The translations under genes and the position numbers were made by a program. A model generated the notes under the pieces. It saw only the letters and a program-made list of their open reading frames with translations, was not told where the DNA came from and made no database searches. A stretch of DNA of 64,000 bases. Source: an uncultured Desulfobacterales bacterium. Its GTDB lineage: Bacteria > Desulfobacterota > Desulfobulbia > Desulfobulbales > Desulfocapsaceae. The stretch spans positions 36,815 through 100,814 of the forward strand of contig CALGIJ010000021.1 of assembly GCA_937915545.1 (NCBI GenBank), given 5' to 3'. Positions 19,362 through 30,812 of this stretch are shown here, piece by piece. Positions within the stretch are counted from its first letter, which is position 1, and every line of letters starts with the position of its first letter.

Positions 19362-22300
19362 TCAGCCTGGGCCGCAGTCCGCCGCAGGGTATGGGATGCT
19401 GATGACCACCCTGGTGCCACGCCCCGGCTCGCTCGACAGATCGATGCACCCGCGCAGTCTTTCCAGGGCGAGCCGGACAATGGGCAGGCCGAGCCCCATG
19501 CCGCGCCTGCCCAGACTGTTGCTGCCGCGCACGAAGGGTTTGAAAACCTTGGAAACATCCCCGGGCGAAATGCCAACCCCACTGTCCTCTATGGTGCACG
19601 TCAGGCAGGAGCCGTCATTGACCGCCGCCAGGCGGACAACGCCGCCGCCGGGGGTAAACTGAAAGGCGTTGGCGAGAAGATTGCCGAGAATGGCGCGCAG
19701 CAGGCTCTCGTCGCTGGAGATGGTGGCCACCGGACTGACGATGTCGAGGCGAAACTCCTGCCCATTGCCCCAGGTGAGCTCCATCTCCCTGGCCACCTTG
19801 CCGATAAACGCCTCAAGGGCGATATCGGTGTGCTGCGTCTCGCCGGTGTCGCTGCGCAGCCAGTCGTAGGAGCGCGACATCTCGACGAGGAAGGCAAGCT
19901 GCGAGGCGGCGCTGCGGATATGTCGCTCCTGGAGGAGGATTTCCTTCTCGTCGAGCCTCTCGCGATAGCGGGAGAGGATGTCGAGGCTGCTGTTGATCAG
20001 CGTCAGCGGGGTGCGGAATTCGTGGGCGACCAGCGACAGCATGCTCGCCTTCTCGGTGGCGGCGCTCTGCAGACGCTGGCGGGTGAAGAGCAGGTCGCGT
20101 TCGATGCGCATGCGCTCGCTGAGGTCGATCATGACGGTGAGAAAGTACTCGCGCCCCTGCGCGTTGACCACCTCGCCGCAGAAGAGGCCATGGAGGATAG
20201 TGCCGTCCTTGCGGCGGATGCGATGCAGGTGGTCGGTAATGCGCTTGTTACGCAACATTTCCTCGACCGAGGCGGTCATCTCGCCGGGATCAACGAAGAG
20301 GTTGAGTTCCGTGACCGTCTTGCCGACCACCTCCTGGCGCTGGTAGCCGAGGGTGCGCAGGAAGGTGTCGTTGACATCGAAGAAGACTTGCTGCGCGGCC
20401 GAGGTGATGGCCATGAGCGCCGGGTTGCGGCGGAACAGCGCCTCGAAGCGCTGCCGCTCCTCGCGCTCCGCGCTGAGGTCGCGCACCAGGCCGAAAATGG
20501 CCGGCGCGCCGCTCCAGCTGCCCAGCCACAAGCGTGTCTCCACCGAAAGGATGAGGCCGCTGCCGGTGAGTATCGGTAAGGGGCAGACCTCGCGCTCGCC
20601 ACTCAGCATGGCGGCGAAGAGCTTCTCGGCTTCCTCGCGCAGCAGCGGGGCGTAGAGATCGAGGAGGCGGACCCGGCCGAGCTCTGCCGCCACAAGCCCC
20701 ATGGTGTCGAGGAAGCGCCGGTTGGCGGCAAGGAGCTGGCCTTCCGGGGAAGCGACCACCACCATGTCGGAGATGGTCTCGAAGAGGTTGCGGAAGTTCT
20801 GTTCGTTCTCGCGCAGCCGCTCTTCGGCCAGCTTGCGCACGGTGATATCGGTGCGCGAACCGCGGGCGCGCCGTGGTCGCCCATCCTCGCCCCACTGCAC
20901 CACCTTGCCGCGGATATGCACCCAGACCCAGCGCCCGTCGCGGTGGCGCATGCGGCACTCGCTGTCGTAGACCTCGATCTCGCGGCGAGCGAGACGCTGC
21001 AGTTGCCCGAGGTTCTTCGCCAGGTCATCGGGGTGGACGAGCCTCTTCCAGCCCTCCAGGGTAATGGGGACGAGTTCCTCGCGGCGGTAACCGATCATCT
21101 CCGCCCAACGCTCGTTGACATCCATCTCGCCACTGTCGAAATCCCAGTCCCAGATGCCCGCCTGGGTCCCCTCGAGGACGCTCTCGAGGCGCTCGGCGGC
21201 CTGCCGCAAGGCATCGGCATTCTCGCTATGGCGGAGGAGGTGGCTCGTCTCCACCCTGGCCGCCAGCGCCTTCGCGCGGCTGCGCTGCACATCGCGCACC
21301 AGCAGCGCCACGCCGAGGCTGACGAGAAAGAAGATGCAGAACTGCAGCAGCTGCGAGGCCAGCGAGGGCGGCGCGCCCACAGCATTGAGATGAGGAAAGG
21401 TCAGCACCAGCGCCCCTGACAGCAGAAAGGCGAGGAGGCCCGCGCCGCCGCCGCCGAGAATGATGGCGAACATTACCGCCGGCACGAAGGTAAGCAGGTC
21501 GACATGGCCCCTGGCCGAGTCGAGCACGAGGAAGTGCAAAGCCCCGGTGAACAGCACCCCGACGAGGGCGATGGCGGAGAGAATCGGCAGGCGCAGCGAC
21601 GGCGCCAGTTCCTCGAGGGTGGTGGAGTTGAGGCGCCATGCCCCCTCGCGGGCCGCGCAGGTGGCGGCGACGAACATGAACAGGCCGGCGAGGTACTGCA
21701 CGCCGCGCCCGTACCAGCCGAGCAGCCCGCCGGTAGCTTTCTGCAGCAGGATGCAAAGCAGGCCGAGGGCCATGAGCTGCAGGCCGCGTTCGTACCAGGC
21801 CGCCGCGGCCTCAGGTTTCTCCAGCCACTGGGGCAATAGCAGGGCGGCGAGGGCGAACATGGCGACTGCCGAGGCAACGACAAACTGGCGCACCACGGTG
21901 CCACCGACACCGGCAACGAAGAACGGCGGCAGCAAGTCGCCGGCCGTCGCCAGGGCGATGAGCAGCGCCATCAAGGCGACCGCCCCGAACCCCATGCACA
22001 GCCACCAGCCCCGCCCGTCGGCGATCGTGCTACCGCTGAGCGAGGCGGAGAGCACCGCAGCCAGGTGGCACAGGGCGGCCACCCAGATGCAGCAGTTATG
22101 GATGGTGACCAGGGCGTTATCATCGAAGCGGCCTGATTCTTCCGGGAAGATGGCAACGATGGCGCCGAGCAGACCGGAAACACCCCACACCGCCGCCCCG
22201 CAGGCGAGGAGGAGGATGCCCGGCCTCCCTTCGCGAAGGAAGATGGTGGCGAACCGTGCCGAGACGACCACCGCTACCCCCTGATAAAAGATGGCATTGA

Positions 22301-22478
22301 GGAGCAGCAGCAGGTGCGGATTTTCGTATGACACGCCGCGGTCGAGGACGGCTGCAAGAGCCGCGGCGACCATCAGCCCGACAAGGATCGCGCCATGGCG
22401 CCGCCGACACGACGCTTCGCAGCGCGCCGTCCAGGGGACACCGCTCCGTGACTCAATGACCGGCGCAGTTGATTCCAT
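19362..22478 (-). CDS. Sensor histidine kinase with a roughly 10-helix integral-membrane sensor, 3 PAS, HisKA, HATPase_c
   Basis: About 400 aa of hydrophobic helices, then PAS repeats, H-box AHEFRTPLT and GMGLGLPIVRLALE. No receiver. ATG 22478 has AAGGA 8 nt upstream. Confidence 0.85.
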   Translation of the reverse strand: MESTAPVIESRSGVPWTARCEASCRRRHGAILVGLMVAAALAAVLDRGVSYENPHLLLLLNAIFYQGVAVVVSARFATIFLREGRPGILLLACGAAVWGVSGLLGAIVAIFPEESGRFDDNALVTIHNCCIWVAALCHLAAVLSASLSGSTIADGRGWWLCMGFGAVALMALLIALATAGDLLPPFFVAGVGGTVVRQFVVASAVAMFALAALLLPQWLEKPEAAAAWYERGLQLMALGLLCILLQKATGGLLGWYGRGVQYLAGLFMFVAATCAAREGAWRLNSTTLEELAPSLRLPILSAIALVGVLFTGALHFLVLDSARGHVDLLTFVPAVMFAIILGGGGAGLLAFLLSGALVLTFPHLNAVGAPPSLASQLLQFCIFFLVSLGVALLVRDVQRSRAKALAARVETSHLLRHSENADALRQAAERLESVLEGTQAGIWDWDFDSGEMDVNERWAEMIGYRREELVPITLEGWKRLVHPDDLAKNLGQLQRLARREIEVYDSECRMRHRDGRWVWVHIRGKVVQWGEDGRPRRARGSRTDITVRKLAEERLRENEQNFRNLFETISDMVVVASPEGQLLAANRRFLDTMGLVAAELGRVRLLDLYAPLLREEAEKLFAAMLSGEREVCPLPILTGSGLILSVETRLWLGSWSGAPAIFGLVRDLSAEREERQRFEALFRRNPALMAITSAAQQVFFDVNDTFLRTLGYQRQEVVGKTVTELNLFVDPGEMTASVEEMLRNKRITDHLHRIRRKDGTILHGLFCGEVVNAQGREYFLTVMIDLSERMRIERDLLFTRQRLQSAATEKASMLSLVAHEFRTPLTLINSSLDILSRYRERLDEKEILLQERHIRSAASQLAFLVEMSRSYDWLRSDTGETQHTDIALEAFIGKVAREMELTWGNGQEFRLDIVSPVATISSDESLLRAILGNLLANAFQFTPGGGVVRLAAVNDGSCLTCTIEDSGVGISPGDVSKVFKPFVRGSNSLGRRGMGLGLPIVRLALERLRGCIDLSSEPGRGTRVVISIPYPAADCGPG

Positions 22479-23175
22479 GGCCACGTCCTTGTTTATTGAG
22501 CGCCGCCGCGCTCCCCTTGGGCTTGCCGAGGAGCCCCTGGCGAGAGGCCAGCTCGGCCAGCTCGGCCCACCTGGAGAGCGTCGCCGCATTGGACGCGCCG
22601 AGCTTGCGCATCAGGCGGGAGCGATGCACTTCGACGGTCTTGGGGCTGATGAAGAGCCTCTCGGCGATCTCCCGCGAGGTGATCCCGGAGGCCACCAGCA
22701 GAAGGATCTCTAACTCGCGCTGGGATACCAGACGCAGTGCCTTGAGTTCCGCTTCGCCAAGCGCCTCGGCCTCCTTGGCAGCGGCCAGGGCGGCAAAGCG
22801 CCGCAGGCGCGACCGCACCGAGGCGATCAGCTCCTCGGTGGTGAACGGCTTGCAAAGGTAGTCATCGGCCCCGGCTTCCATGCCGCGGCGTTGATGGTGA
22901 TGCTCGTTCAAGGCGGAGATGAAGATGAACGGCACCGACGACATGGACGGTATCTCCTTGACCTGGCGATGCAACTCAAACCCATCGATATCCGGCATGA
23001 GGATGTCGCAGAGCACCAGGTCGGGCGGCATGGCGGAGATCGCCTCAAGCCCCTCGCGGCCATTTTCAGCAACCGTCACCTGGTAGCCTTCCATGCGCAG
23101 GATCAGGGCGATATTGTCACAGAGCAGCTGATCGTCCTCGACCACGAGAACCTTTGCACCTTTTGCTGTTTCCAT
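22453..23175 (-). CDS. LuxR/FixJ-family response regulator (REC + GerE HTH)
   Basis: KVLVVEDDQ...DLVLCDILMPDIDG...YLCKPF, plus SQRELEILLLVASGITSREIAERLFISPKTVEVHRSRLMRKLG. Confidence 0.9.
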   Translation of the reverse strand: METAKGAKVLVVEDDQLLCDNIALILRMEGYQVTVAENGREGLEAISAMPPDLVLCDILMPDIDGFELHRQVKEIPSMSSVPFIFISALNEHHHQRRGMEAGADDYLCKPFTTEELIASVRSRLRRFAALAAAKEAEALGEAELKALRLVSQRELEILLLVASGITSREIAERLFISPKTVEVHRSRLMRKLGASNAATLSRWAELAELASRQGLLGKPKGSAAALNKQGRGHGINCAGH

Positions 23176-23234
23176 AGTATTTCCCCTTTCCTCGGTTTCC
23201 CTGCCTCCACCGCCGTCACAGCGATGGCCGTGTT

Positions 23235-24956
23235 TTACAGGGTGAATTTCCCCATCAACTGCTCAAGCTGCCCGGCCAGTCCGAGCAGTTTTTCGACATT
23301 GTCGCGGACCTGGTCGCTGCCGCGGCCGACCTCCGCCGCCTGACGGGTGATGACGGAGATATCGTCGCAGATGTGTTGCGACATGAGGCTGTTCTGCGCC
23401 ACGTTTTCATTGACGTCCCCCAGCCCCATCGATGCCTGGGCGATATTGCCGGCGATCTCGCTGGTGGCCGCCGACTGCTGTTCGACGGCGGAGGCAATGC
23501 CGCCGATGACCTCGTTGATCTCGGCGATGACCGCGCTCACCTTGACGATGTCCTCGACGGTCGAATCGGTGATCGTCTGCATCTCGCTGATCTGCTCCTT
23601 GATATCGACGGTCGCCGTCGCGGTCTGCTTGGCCAGCTCCTTGATCTCGTTGGCGACCACGGCAAAACCCTTGCCGGCGCCACCGGCCCGTGCCGCCTCG
23701 ATGGTGGCGTTCAGGGCGAGCAGGTTGGTCTGGTCGGAGATCTCGGTGATGGTCTCGGTGACCATGCCGATCCTTTTCGCCGAGTCCCCGAGGATGTTCA
23801 TCTTCTGCGAAGCCTGCTGCGACTGCTGCACCGCGCTCTCGGCAATGGTCCGCGCCCGCTCGGCACTCTGCCCGATCTCCCGCACCGTCGACGACATCTG
23901 CTCGGCGGCGGTGGCCACCAGGGTGACATTGCTCGATGACTGTTCCATGGCCGCCGACACCGACTGCGAGCTGGCGTTCATCTCCTCCGCCGCCGCCGCC
24001 ACGCCGGCCGATTTTTCCGCCGTGTCCCGCGCCGACTGCGACAGCTGCTGGCTGACCACGGCCATCTCCCCGGACGAGCGGGTCAAGGTCTCCACCCCTT
24101 CGGCGACCTTGGCGAACATGACCTTGAGGTTGCCGACCATGGTGTCCAGAGAGTGGAGCAGCTGCCCGGTCTCGTCAGCGCTGTCGACAACGACGGAAAC
24201 GGTGAAATCGCCCTGGCCCATGACCTCGGCCGCCCCGACGGCGCGACGCAGGGGAAGGGTGATGGTGCGCACGGCGACAAAGGCGATGCTCCCCCCCCAG
24301 AGCAGCCCGCAGATGCCCAAAACGGCGCTGATCTTGCCGAGGATCGACGAAGATTTGCTCGCCGTCTGCAGTTCCTCGGCTACCGACAGGGCGCTCTGTT
24401 CAATGAGCTTATCAAGCATTGCAGTGGCCTGCACCTGAATCTCCCGCGAGGTGTAGAGAATATGCCTGGCCGCCTCGGCCTTGAGCTGCGCCTGGGCCTT
24501 TTTCCCATCGGTCCCGCTGCCTTCGAGGCGATCGATCTGGTGCCACAGATCGAGCGCGGTGTTGTTGGTGTCGCGCCAGCGCTGCCAGGTGGGGACGAAC
24601 TTCTCCCACAGGACTTCCGTCTCACCCTGCTGCGGCAGCTTCTCATAGACCTGCCAGGCAGCCTCGTATTTTTCGCGGGCGCTGTTGATCGCCTGGTAGA
24701 ACTGCTGGCGCATGGTGCTGTCGACCCCGGGAAGCAGCAGGCCGAACATTGCCGATTTGATTTCATTGGCGTTGTCCCTGATGACCATGAGGCTCTCGAC
24801 GCTGGGATAGCGCACCGTCCCGATCTCAGCCATATGGCGATCGGCGCTGGTGATGCCAAAATATCCGATGGCGCCGAGGACAAGGGATGTCCACGCCATC
24901 AACCCGAAGGCAATATACATCTTGGTGGCCAGGCTGCTGTTCGACAGAATCTTCAT
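23235..24956 (-). CDS. Methyl-accepting chemotaxis protein (4HB-type sensor, HAMP, MA)
   Basis: Two TM segments, HAMP, and signalling hairpin [35 protein letters not shown]. Confidence 0.9.
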   Translation of the reverse strand: MKILSNSSLATKMYIAFGLMAWTSLVLGAIGYFGITSADRHMAEIGTVRYPSVESLMVIRDNANEIKSAMFGLLLPGVDSTMRQQFYQAINSAREKYEAAWQVYEKLPQQGETEVLWEKFVPTWQRWRDTNNTALDLWHQIDRLEGSGTDGKKAQAQLKAEAARHILYTSREIQVQATAMLDKLIEQSALSVAEELQTASKSSSILGKISAVLGICGLLWGGSIAFVAVRTITLPLRRAVGAAEVMGQGDFTVSVVVDSADETGQLLHSLDTMVGNLKVMFAKVAEGVETLTRSSGEMAVVSQQLSQSARDTAEKSAGVAAAAEEMNASSQSVSAAMEQSSSNVTLVATAAEQMSSTVREIGQSAERARTIAESAVQQSQQASQKMNILGDSAKRIGMVTETITEISDQTNLLALNATIEAARAGGAGKGFAVVANEIKELAKQTATATVDIKEQISEMQTITDSTVEDIVKVSAVIAEINEVIGGIASAVEQQSAATSEIAGNIAQASMGLGDVNENVAQNSLMSQHICDDISVITRQAAEVGRGSDQVRDNVEKLLGLAGQLEQLMGKFTL

Positions 24957-25790
24957 TCCACTCTCCCCGAAAGACCCTTGATGGTTGGCGGCAGCGCCAG
25001 GAACGAAAAGCGCTGCACCGGCGCGCGAAGACTGACCCGGTGGAGGCCCCGGCGCGCTTTCCTTCGCCCCCGAGCCCTGGCGAGCGGCAAGGGGGAAAGA
25101 GGCGCAGGACCGGAAACCTTGTCTCGGCAGCGCTCACCGTGCGCCGGGACCACGTGACCCACCTCGTCTTCCTGGGCTCAGTATGGCTGAGGAACTTTCC
25201 TCTGTCCATTGGGGGAATCCCGTAATTTGAGAATCTCCAGGCAAAAAAGCGAGAAACGGTGCCTTCCCCGGCCTCTTTCGGCAAACGCCGGCGGGGTGGC
25301 ATGGAGTCTCTCCAGGGCCCTTTTCGAAAGGGTGGCCAAGAGATTTCACAGGCTTACAGAAGGCATGAACGGACCGGGGGAGATCTCCGGCGACGGGTGT
25401 CCAGGATGCGCAGGCCGAAGAAGATGTCCACCTCGAGGAGGTCTTCGGGCAGGCCATGGTGGATCCATCGCGAACAGCGGCGACGCCAGCCACCCTCGTC
25501 CTGGCGCCACTCGGGGTTGTTGGCGCTGTTGCCGGCATCGCAGGGGGTATGCCGGCTGCGGCCGCCTCGACGACGAGTGTACCTCAGCATGAAGGGAAGA
25601 AGAACAAAGGATTGGCCAGGAAGGGCGGCATCACCGCCCACCCCGTGGAGCGGCACGGTCCGGCGGCGATTGTCGCATCCCTCCCGGCAGAGAGAGCGGC
25701 GGGAAAAAGGTTTGCGACAATCGCCGCCGCCCTTTATGCTGTCCTTGTGGCTGCAGCTCCCATCCCAACCCCGCTTGAGGAGAACGATTC

Positions 25791-26714
25791 ATGAACGCCT
25801 ATCGCTCGGTGCTGTCCGTCCCCGGACACCTGGCCAGGATGCACGACAAGGCAGCGGCCAGCGTCGCCGATGTCATCATGCTCGACCTCGAGGACAGCGT
25901 CCCCGTCGAGGCCAAGGAAGAGGCGCGGCGGCGGGTGCGCGACGCCCTGACCCTCATCTCCTGGGGGGAAAAGGAGGTCGCCGTGCGCATCAACGGCCTC
26001 GACACCCCCTTTGCCTACCGCGACCTCCTCGAGATCGTCGAGGGGGCCGGCGCCGCAGTCGCCGCGGTGGTGGTCCCCAAGGTCGACCACCCTGGCGACA
26101 TCCATTTCGTGGCGCGCATGCTCGACGGCATGGAGATGGCCCTCGGCCTGGACAGGCCCATCGCCATCGAAGCCTCCATCGAGACCGCCCGCGGCCTGGC
26201 CGAGGTGCGGGCCATCGCCGGCGCCAGCACGCGGCTGCGCAGCCTGGTCTTCGGCATCGCCGACTACTCGGCCTCGGTGGGGGCGCGTCTGGTGTCGCTG
26301 TCCGGCCACGGTGAGGGAGAGGCCGACATCTACCCCGGCCACCGCTGGCACTTCGCCTTGAGCCGCATGGTCATGGCTGCCAAGGCCGCCGGCCTGATGG
26401 CCATCGACGCCCCCTACGGCTACTTCAAGGATCAGCCCGGCCTGGAGCGCGCCAGCGCCATGGCCTGCGCCCTCGGTTGCGACGGCAAGTGGGCCATCCA
26501 CCCCGACCAGCTGGCGACCATCAACCGTGTCTTCTCGCCCTCCCGGGAGGATATCGCCCGCGCCGCCGCCATCCTCGCCGCGGCGCGGGAAGGAGCCGGC
26601 CAGGGCCGCGGCGCGGTGGCGGTGGAGGGCAGGATGATCGACCAGGCCACCGTGCGCCTGGCGATGAGGCTCGACGAGCAGGCCCGCCGCCTCGGGCTGC
26701 ATGGCCGGGACTGA
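25791..26714 (+). CDS. CitE/HpcH-family CoA-ester lyase (citrate lyase beta / malyl-CoA lyase-like)
   Basis: RSVLSVPG...DVIMLDLEDSVP...AVRINGLDT...IEASIETARGL...FGIADYSASVG is the typical HpcH/HpaI-CitE pattern. SD GAGGAG lies upstream. Confidence 0.85.
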   Translation: MNAYRSVLSVPGHLARMHDKAAASVADVIMLDLEDSVPVEAKEEARRRVRDALTLISWGEKEVAVRINGLDTPFAYRDLLEIVEGAGAAVAAVVVPKVDHPGDIHFVARMLDGMEMALGLDRPIAIEASIETARGLAEVRAIAGASTRLRSLVFGIADYSASVGARLVSLSGHGEGEADIYPGHRWHFALSRMVMAAKAAGLMAIDAPYGYFKDQPGLERASAMACALGCDGKWAIHPDQLATINRVFSPSREDIARAAAILAAAREGAGQGRGAVAVEGRMIDQATVRLAMRLDEQARRLGLHGRD

Positions 26715-26833
26715 GCCGGCCACCGCCTTCCCCTGCACCATGGGATCGCCCATGGCTTTCCCCATGGCGAGCGGCGGGCAACGCGACGCTCTCGCCGCAA
26801 CCTCCCTCACACCTCTTCTCTGCAACGACGCCG

Positions 26834-27601
26834 ATGGCTCCCGACTGGCCCCTCTCTCTGCTGACCCTCATGTTCCTTGCCGCCCTGCTCGCCGGCTGGG
26901 TCGACACCCTGGCCGGGGGCGGCGGCCTGCTCACCCTGCCCGCCCTGCTCCTTGCCGGCCTGCCACCGGTGGCCGCCCTGGCCACCAACAAGGCACAGGG
27001 CTTTATCGGGCCACTCACCGCCACGCTCATGCTGACCCTGAAGGGCCGCCTGCCGCTCGTCCGCCTCGCCGGGCCGGTTGCCGCGGCGGCCTTTGCCGCC
27101 CTGCTCGGGGCGCAGCTCATCCGCCACGTCGACACCTCCTGGCTGCACTGGATCATTCCTGTGCTCTTGCTTGGAGTGGCAGTCTATTTCTTCGTCAACC
27201 CCGGCCTCGGCCGGCTGGCTGGCCAGGCCCGTCAGGGTGAAGCCGGCTATACCCTCACCACGGTGCCGCTGATCGCCTTCTATGACGGCGCCATCGGACC
27301 GGGGGCCGGCTCCTTTTACGCCGCCGCCGGGGTGGTGCTGCGCGGCCAGACCCTGCTCGAGGCGACCATCCATGCCAAGCTGTTCAACTTCACCTCCAAC
27401 GTCGCCGCCATGGCGCTCTTCGCTGCCGCCGGGCAGGTCGCCTGGCCCCTGGCGTCGGCAATGATGCTCGGCCAGTTCTGCGGCGCCACCCTGGCCAGCC
27501 GCACCATGCTGCATGGCGGCGAGAAGCTTATTCGCCCCCTGGTCATCCTCATGTGCGTCCTCATGTCGGCCGCCCAGCTCTACCGGCTGCTCGGCCGCTG
27601 A
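26834..27601 (+). CDS. TSUP (TauE/SafE) family anion exporter/permease
   Basis: Eight hydrophobic segments and the GGGGLLTLPALL motif. ATG 26834 was chosen because the 119 codons upstream in the ORF are Arg/Pro/Gly-rich and look like non-coding shadow. Confidence 0.85.
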   Translation: MAPDWPLSLLTLMFLAALLAGWVDTLAGGGGLLTLPALLLAGLPPVAALATNKAQGFIGPLTATLMLTLKGRLPLVRLAGPVAAAAFAALLGAQLIRHVDTSWLHWIIPVLLLGVAVYFFVNPGLGRLAGQARQGEAGYTLTTVPLIAFYDGAIGPGAGSFYAAAGVVLRGQTLLEATIHAKLFNFTSNVAAMALFAAAGQVAWPLASAMMLGQFCGATLASRTMLHGGEKLIRPLVILMCVLMSAAQLYRLLGR

Positions 27602-27809
27602 TCCGGCCCAAAGAGCCTGACCGCTTCCTTTCATTGTCGGGCAGGAGAAAACATCCGCGGCGCATTGTCTTCGCGGCGTTTTTCCGCTATGCTGAAAAAA
27701 ACGCAAGAACCGGCGGACCCAGCCCCATCCACGAAGACGAGAAAAGCATGCTGCAGGCAACGACAGCCTACCGCCAGGGTGGTGCGGGCCCCATCGGCCG
27801 GAGGGAACG

Positions 27810-30734
27810 ATGAGCCTCTCCCCCCGGCGCCGCTTCATCCTCCGTGCCACTGTCCTCTATCTCCTCTTCGGCAGCTGCTGGATATTCCTCTCCGACCAAC
27901 TGCTGCTCGCCTTCACCGACATCACCAGGCTGACCCGGCTGTCCACCGCCAAGGGCATCACCTTCATTCTCCTCACCAGCCTGCTCCTCGCCCTGGCGCT
28001 GACCGCCATCCCCGACCGCCGGGAAAGTGACGGCATCCGTCTGCGCAGCCGCAACCTCTTCCTCGCTGGTGGCGGCCTGCCCCACAGGGTGGCCTACCTC
28101 TTCGCCGTGGCGTCCTCCCTGCTGATGCTCGTGCTGCGCATGCACATCGCCGTTTCCTTCGACGAGCGCCCCCTGCTCATCCTCTTCATGCTGCCGATCA
28201 TCCTCAGCTCGGTGCTCGGCGGTTTCGGCCCCGGAGTCGTCGCCACGGTCATTTCCTCGGCCGGTATCGCCTTTCACGGCATTCCCCCGCGAGGCAGCTT
28301 TGCGATCGATGCCCCCCACGACCTCTTCCAGTGGTGCATGCTCGTCGCCACCGGCCTGCTCACCAGCTACCTCAACGACCTCCTGCACCGCGCCCGGCTG
28401 CAGGCGGAAGAATTGAACGAGCGGCGCGAACAGGCCCAGGAGGAGCTGCGGCAGAGCGAGGAAAGGTTTCAGCTGGCCATGCGGGGGGCCAACGACGGCC
28501 TGTGGGACTGGGATTTGCGCAGCGACGCGCTCTATCTCTCGCCGCGCTGGAAAGCCATGCTTGGCTATGCCGAGGACGAACTCGCCCACCATCTCGACAC
28601 CTGGCTCACCCTGGTGCACCCCGAGGACCGGCAACGCACCCTCGACCTGGTCGAGGACCTGCGCGCCGGACGCAGCGAGCGTTTCGAGACCGAGTTCCGC
28701 ATGCGTCACAAGGACGGCAGCTACCGCGAGATCCTCTCGCGCGCCTTTCCCGCCCGCGACGATCAGGGCGAGGTGGTGCGCCTGGTCGGTACCCATATCG
28801 ACATGACCGAGCGCAACCATGCCGCGCTGAAGATGGCCGAGCAGGCCAGCCTGCTGGAGAGGACCAGCAGAATGGCCAAGGTCGGCGGCTGGCGCTTTGC
28901 CATCGCCGACGGCAAAGGCACCTGGACGGCGGAGGTGGCGCGCATCCACGATGTCGACCCGGAGCGGGAGACGAGCAGGGAGTTCGGCCTGAACTTCTAC
29001 CAGGGCGAACACCGCCAGGCCATCGAGAACGCCATCGCCCGGGCGGTCAGCGACGCCATCCCCTACGACCTCGAACTGGAAATGACCACCGCCAGTGGAG
29101 CGACCAAATGGGTGCGCACCATCGGCCAGCCGGTCGTCGAGGACGGCCGGGTGACCGCCCTCGAAGGCGTTCTGCTCGACATCAGCGAACGCAAGCGGGC
29201 GGAAGCGGCGGTGCGCGAGAGTGAAGCGCGGCTGCGCGCCATCATCGACAACGTCCCCGACGGCATCATCCACCTCTCGCCCGCCCTCGAAGTACGCTGG
29301 GTCAACCTCGCCGCCAGGCGCCTCTTCACCCTCGACGACGATGCTACCGCCCTGGGCCTGCCCTGCCACCACACCTTCTGGGACAAGACGCAACCCTGCC
29401 TGTCCTGCCCGGTGACGCGCTGCGCCACCTCCCTGAAAAACGAGACCGGCACCCTCAAGCCCCTCGATGAACAGGGACCGGAGTTCGAGGTACGGGCCGT
29501 GCCGATCCTCGGCGGCAGCGGGCGGCTCGAAGGCATCATCGAGATCGTCCGCGACACCACCACCTTAAAGCGCCTCGAGGAGCAGGTGCGTCAGGCACAG
29601 AAGATGGAATCGGTGGGCACCCTGGCCGGAGGCATCGCCCACGACTTCAACAATATCCTCTCGGCGATCCTCGGCTATGGCGAGCTGGCCCTCGAGGAAC
29701 TGCCCGCCGACAGCCCCGGCCGGGCCAGCGTCACCACCATCATCGAAGCCGGCCAGCGTGCCGCCCACCTCACCAAAGACCTGCTGCTCTTCAGCCGCAA
29801 GCAGAGCAGCCAGAAGCAACTCGTCGACCTCAACGAGGTGGTGGTGAGAATCGAGAAATTCATCAAGCGCATCATCGGCGAGGACATCCTCTGCCATACC
29901 GACCTCGCCAAGGAGGCGCTACCCCTGCGCGCTGATCCCCACCAGCTCGAGCAGGTGCTGATGAACTTCGCCACCAACGCCCGAGACGCCATGCCCCACG
30001 GCGGCACCCTGACCATCACCACCAGCCGTCTGACCCTCGACCGCGACTTCGTCGACCTGCACGGCTTCGGCACGCCGGGGAGCCACGCCCTGCTTACCGT
30101 CAGCGACAGCGGCAAAGGCATGGACAAGGCCACCGCGGCCAAGATCTTCGAGCCGTTCTTCACCACCAAGGGCATCGGCCAAGGCACCGGCCTCGGCCTG
30201 GCGGTGGTCTACGGCATCGTCCATGACCACCAGGGCCATATCAACGTCTACAGCGAACCGCTCAAAGGCACGGTGTTCCGCGTCTACCTGCCGCTGTCAG
30301 AGGACACCACCGAGGCTGTCGGCGCCGTCCTGCCCGCCGAAAACCCCCGGGGCGGCAGCGAGACCATCCTCCTCGCCGAGGACGAACCGGCGGTGCGCGC
30401 CCTCTTTTCCCGCGTCCTCCGAGCCGCCGGCTATCGGGTCATCGAGGCCGCCAGCGGCGACGAGGCGGTACGCATCTTCGAGGGACAGGCCAGAGAAATC
30501 GACCTGCTGCTCTTCGACCTGATCATGCCGAAGATGGACGGTCGCCACGCCATGGAACTGATCACCGCCCAAAAGCCACAGGTCGGCTTTCTCTTCGTAA
30601 GCGGCTACGCCCCGGAAAACCTGCGCCGGCCGGAGATGCAGCACCTCCAGGAAGCGGTGCTCTACAAGCCGGTATCGCCGCGCGAGCTCCTCCAGAGAGT
30701 GCGCCAGACCCTCGATCGCCGCCACCACCACTAG
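27810..30734 (+). CDS. Hybrid histidine kinase (multi-TM N-terminus, several PAS, HisKA, HATPase_c, REC)
   Basis: H-box [36 protein letters not shown]. Receiver (ILLAEDEPA...[13 protein letters not shown]...LYKPV). One PAS carries a 4-Cys insert ([20 protein letters not shown]). SD GGAGGG lies upstream. Confidence 0.9.
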   Translation: MSLSPRRRFILRATVLYLLFGSCWIFLSDQLLLAFTDITRLTRLSTAKGITFILLTSLLLALALTAIPDRRESDGIRLRSRNLFLAGGGLPHRVAYLFAVASSLLMLVLRMHIAVSFDERPLLILFMLPIILSSVLGGFGPGVVATVISSAGIAFHGIPPRGSFAIDAPHDLFQWCMLVATGLLTSYLNDLLHRARLQAEELNERREQAQEELRQSEERFQLAMRGANDGLWDWDLRSDALYLSPRWKAMLGYAEDELAHHLDTWLTLVHPEDRQRTLDLVEDLRAGRSERFETEFRMRHKDGSYREILSRAFPARDDQGEVVRLVGTHIDMTERNHAALKMAEQASLLERTSRMAKVGGWRFAIADGKGTWTAEVARIHDVDPERETSREFGLNFYQGEHRQAIENAIARAVSDAIPYDLELEMTTASGATKWVRTIGQPVVEDGRVTALEGVLLDISERKRAEAAVRESEARLRAIIDNVPDGIIHLSPALEVRWVNLAARRLFTLDDDATALGLPCHHTFWDKTQPCLSCPVTRCATSLKNETGTLKPLDEQGPEFEVRAVPILGGSGRLEGIIEIVRDTTTLKRLEEQVRQAQKMESVGTLAGGIAHDFNNILSAILGYGELALEELPADSPGRASVTTIIEAGQRAAHLTKDLLLFSRKQSSQKQLVDLNEVVVRIEKFIKRIIGEDILCHTDLAKEALPLRADPHQLEQVLMNFATNARDAMPHGGTLTITTSRLTLDRDFVDLHGFGTPGSHALLTVSDSGKGMDKATAAKIFEPFFTTKGIGQGTGLGLAVVYGIVHDHQGHINVYSEPLKGTVFRVYLPLSEDTTEAVGAVLPAENPRGGSETILLAEDEPAVRALFSRVLRAAGYRVIEAASGDEAVRIFEGQAREIDLLLFDLIMPKMDGRHAMELITAQKPQVGFLFVSGYAPENLRRPEMQHLQEAVLYKPVSPRELLQRVRQTLDRRHHH

Positions 30735-30812
30735 GCTGACGCGGCCCCATCGACGTGCCGCTGCCTGCAGTCATCCTCGAGCAAACCGCGGCATGCCCCG
30801 GGCAGACGACCC

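Noticed and set aside
25354-25656. 100-aa minus-strand ORF with a faint FGE/SUMF1-like C-terminal pattern (NSANNPEW...FFGLRIL).
   Set aside because: The resemblance rests on a few residues and the rest of the ORF is Arg-rich junk. It is not supportable as a CDS or pseudogene without a database search.
26477-26833. 119-codon N-terminal extension of the TSUP permease ORF (MRRQVGHPPRPAGDH...).
   Set aside because: It is an Arg/Pro/Gly-rich low-complexity stretch that overlaps the 3' end of the CitE-like gene in another frame. The membrane protein begins cleanly at ATG 26834 (MAPDWPLSLLTLMFL).
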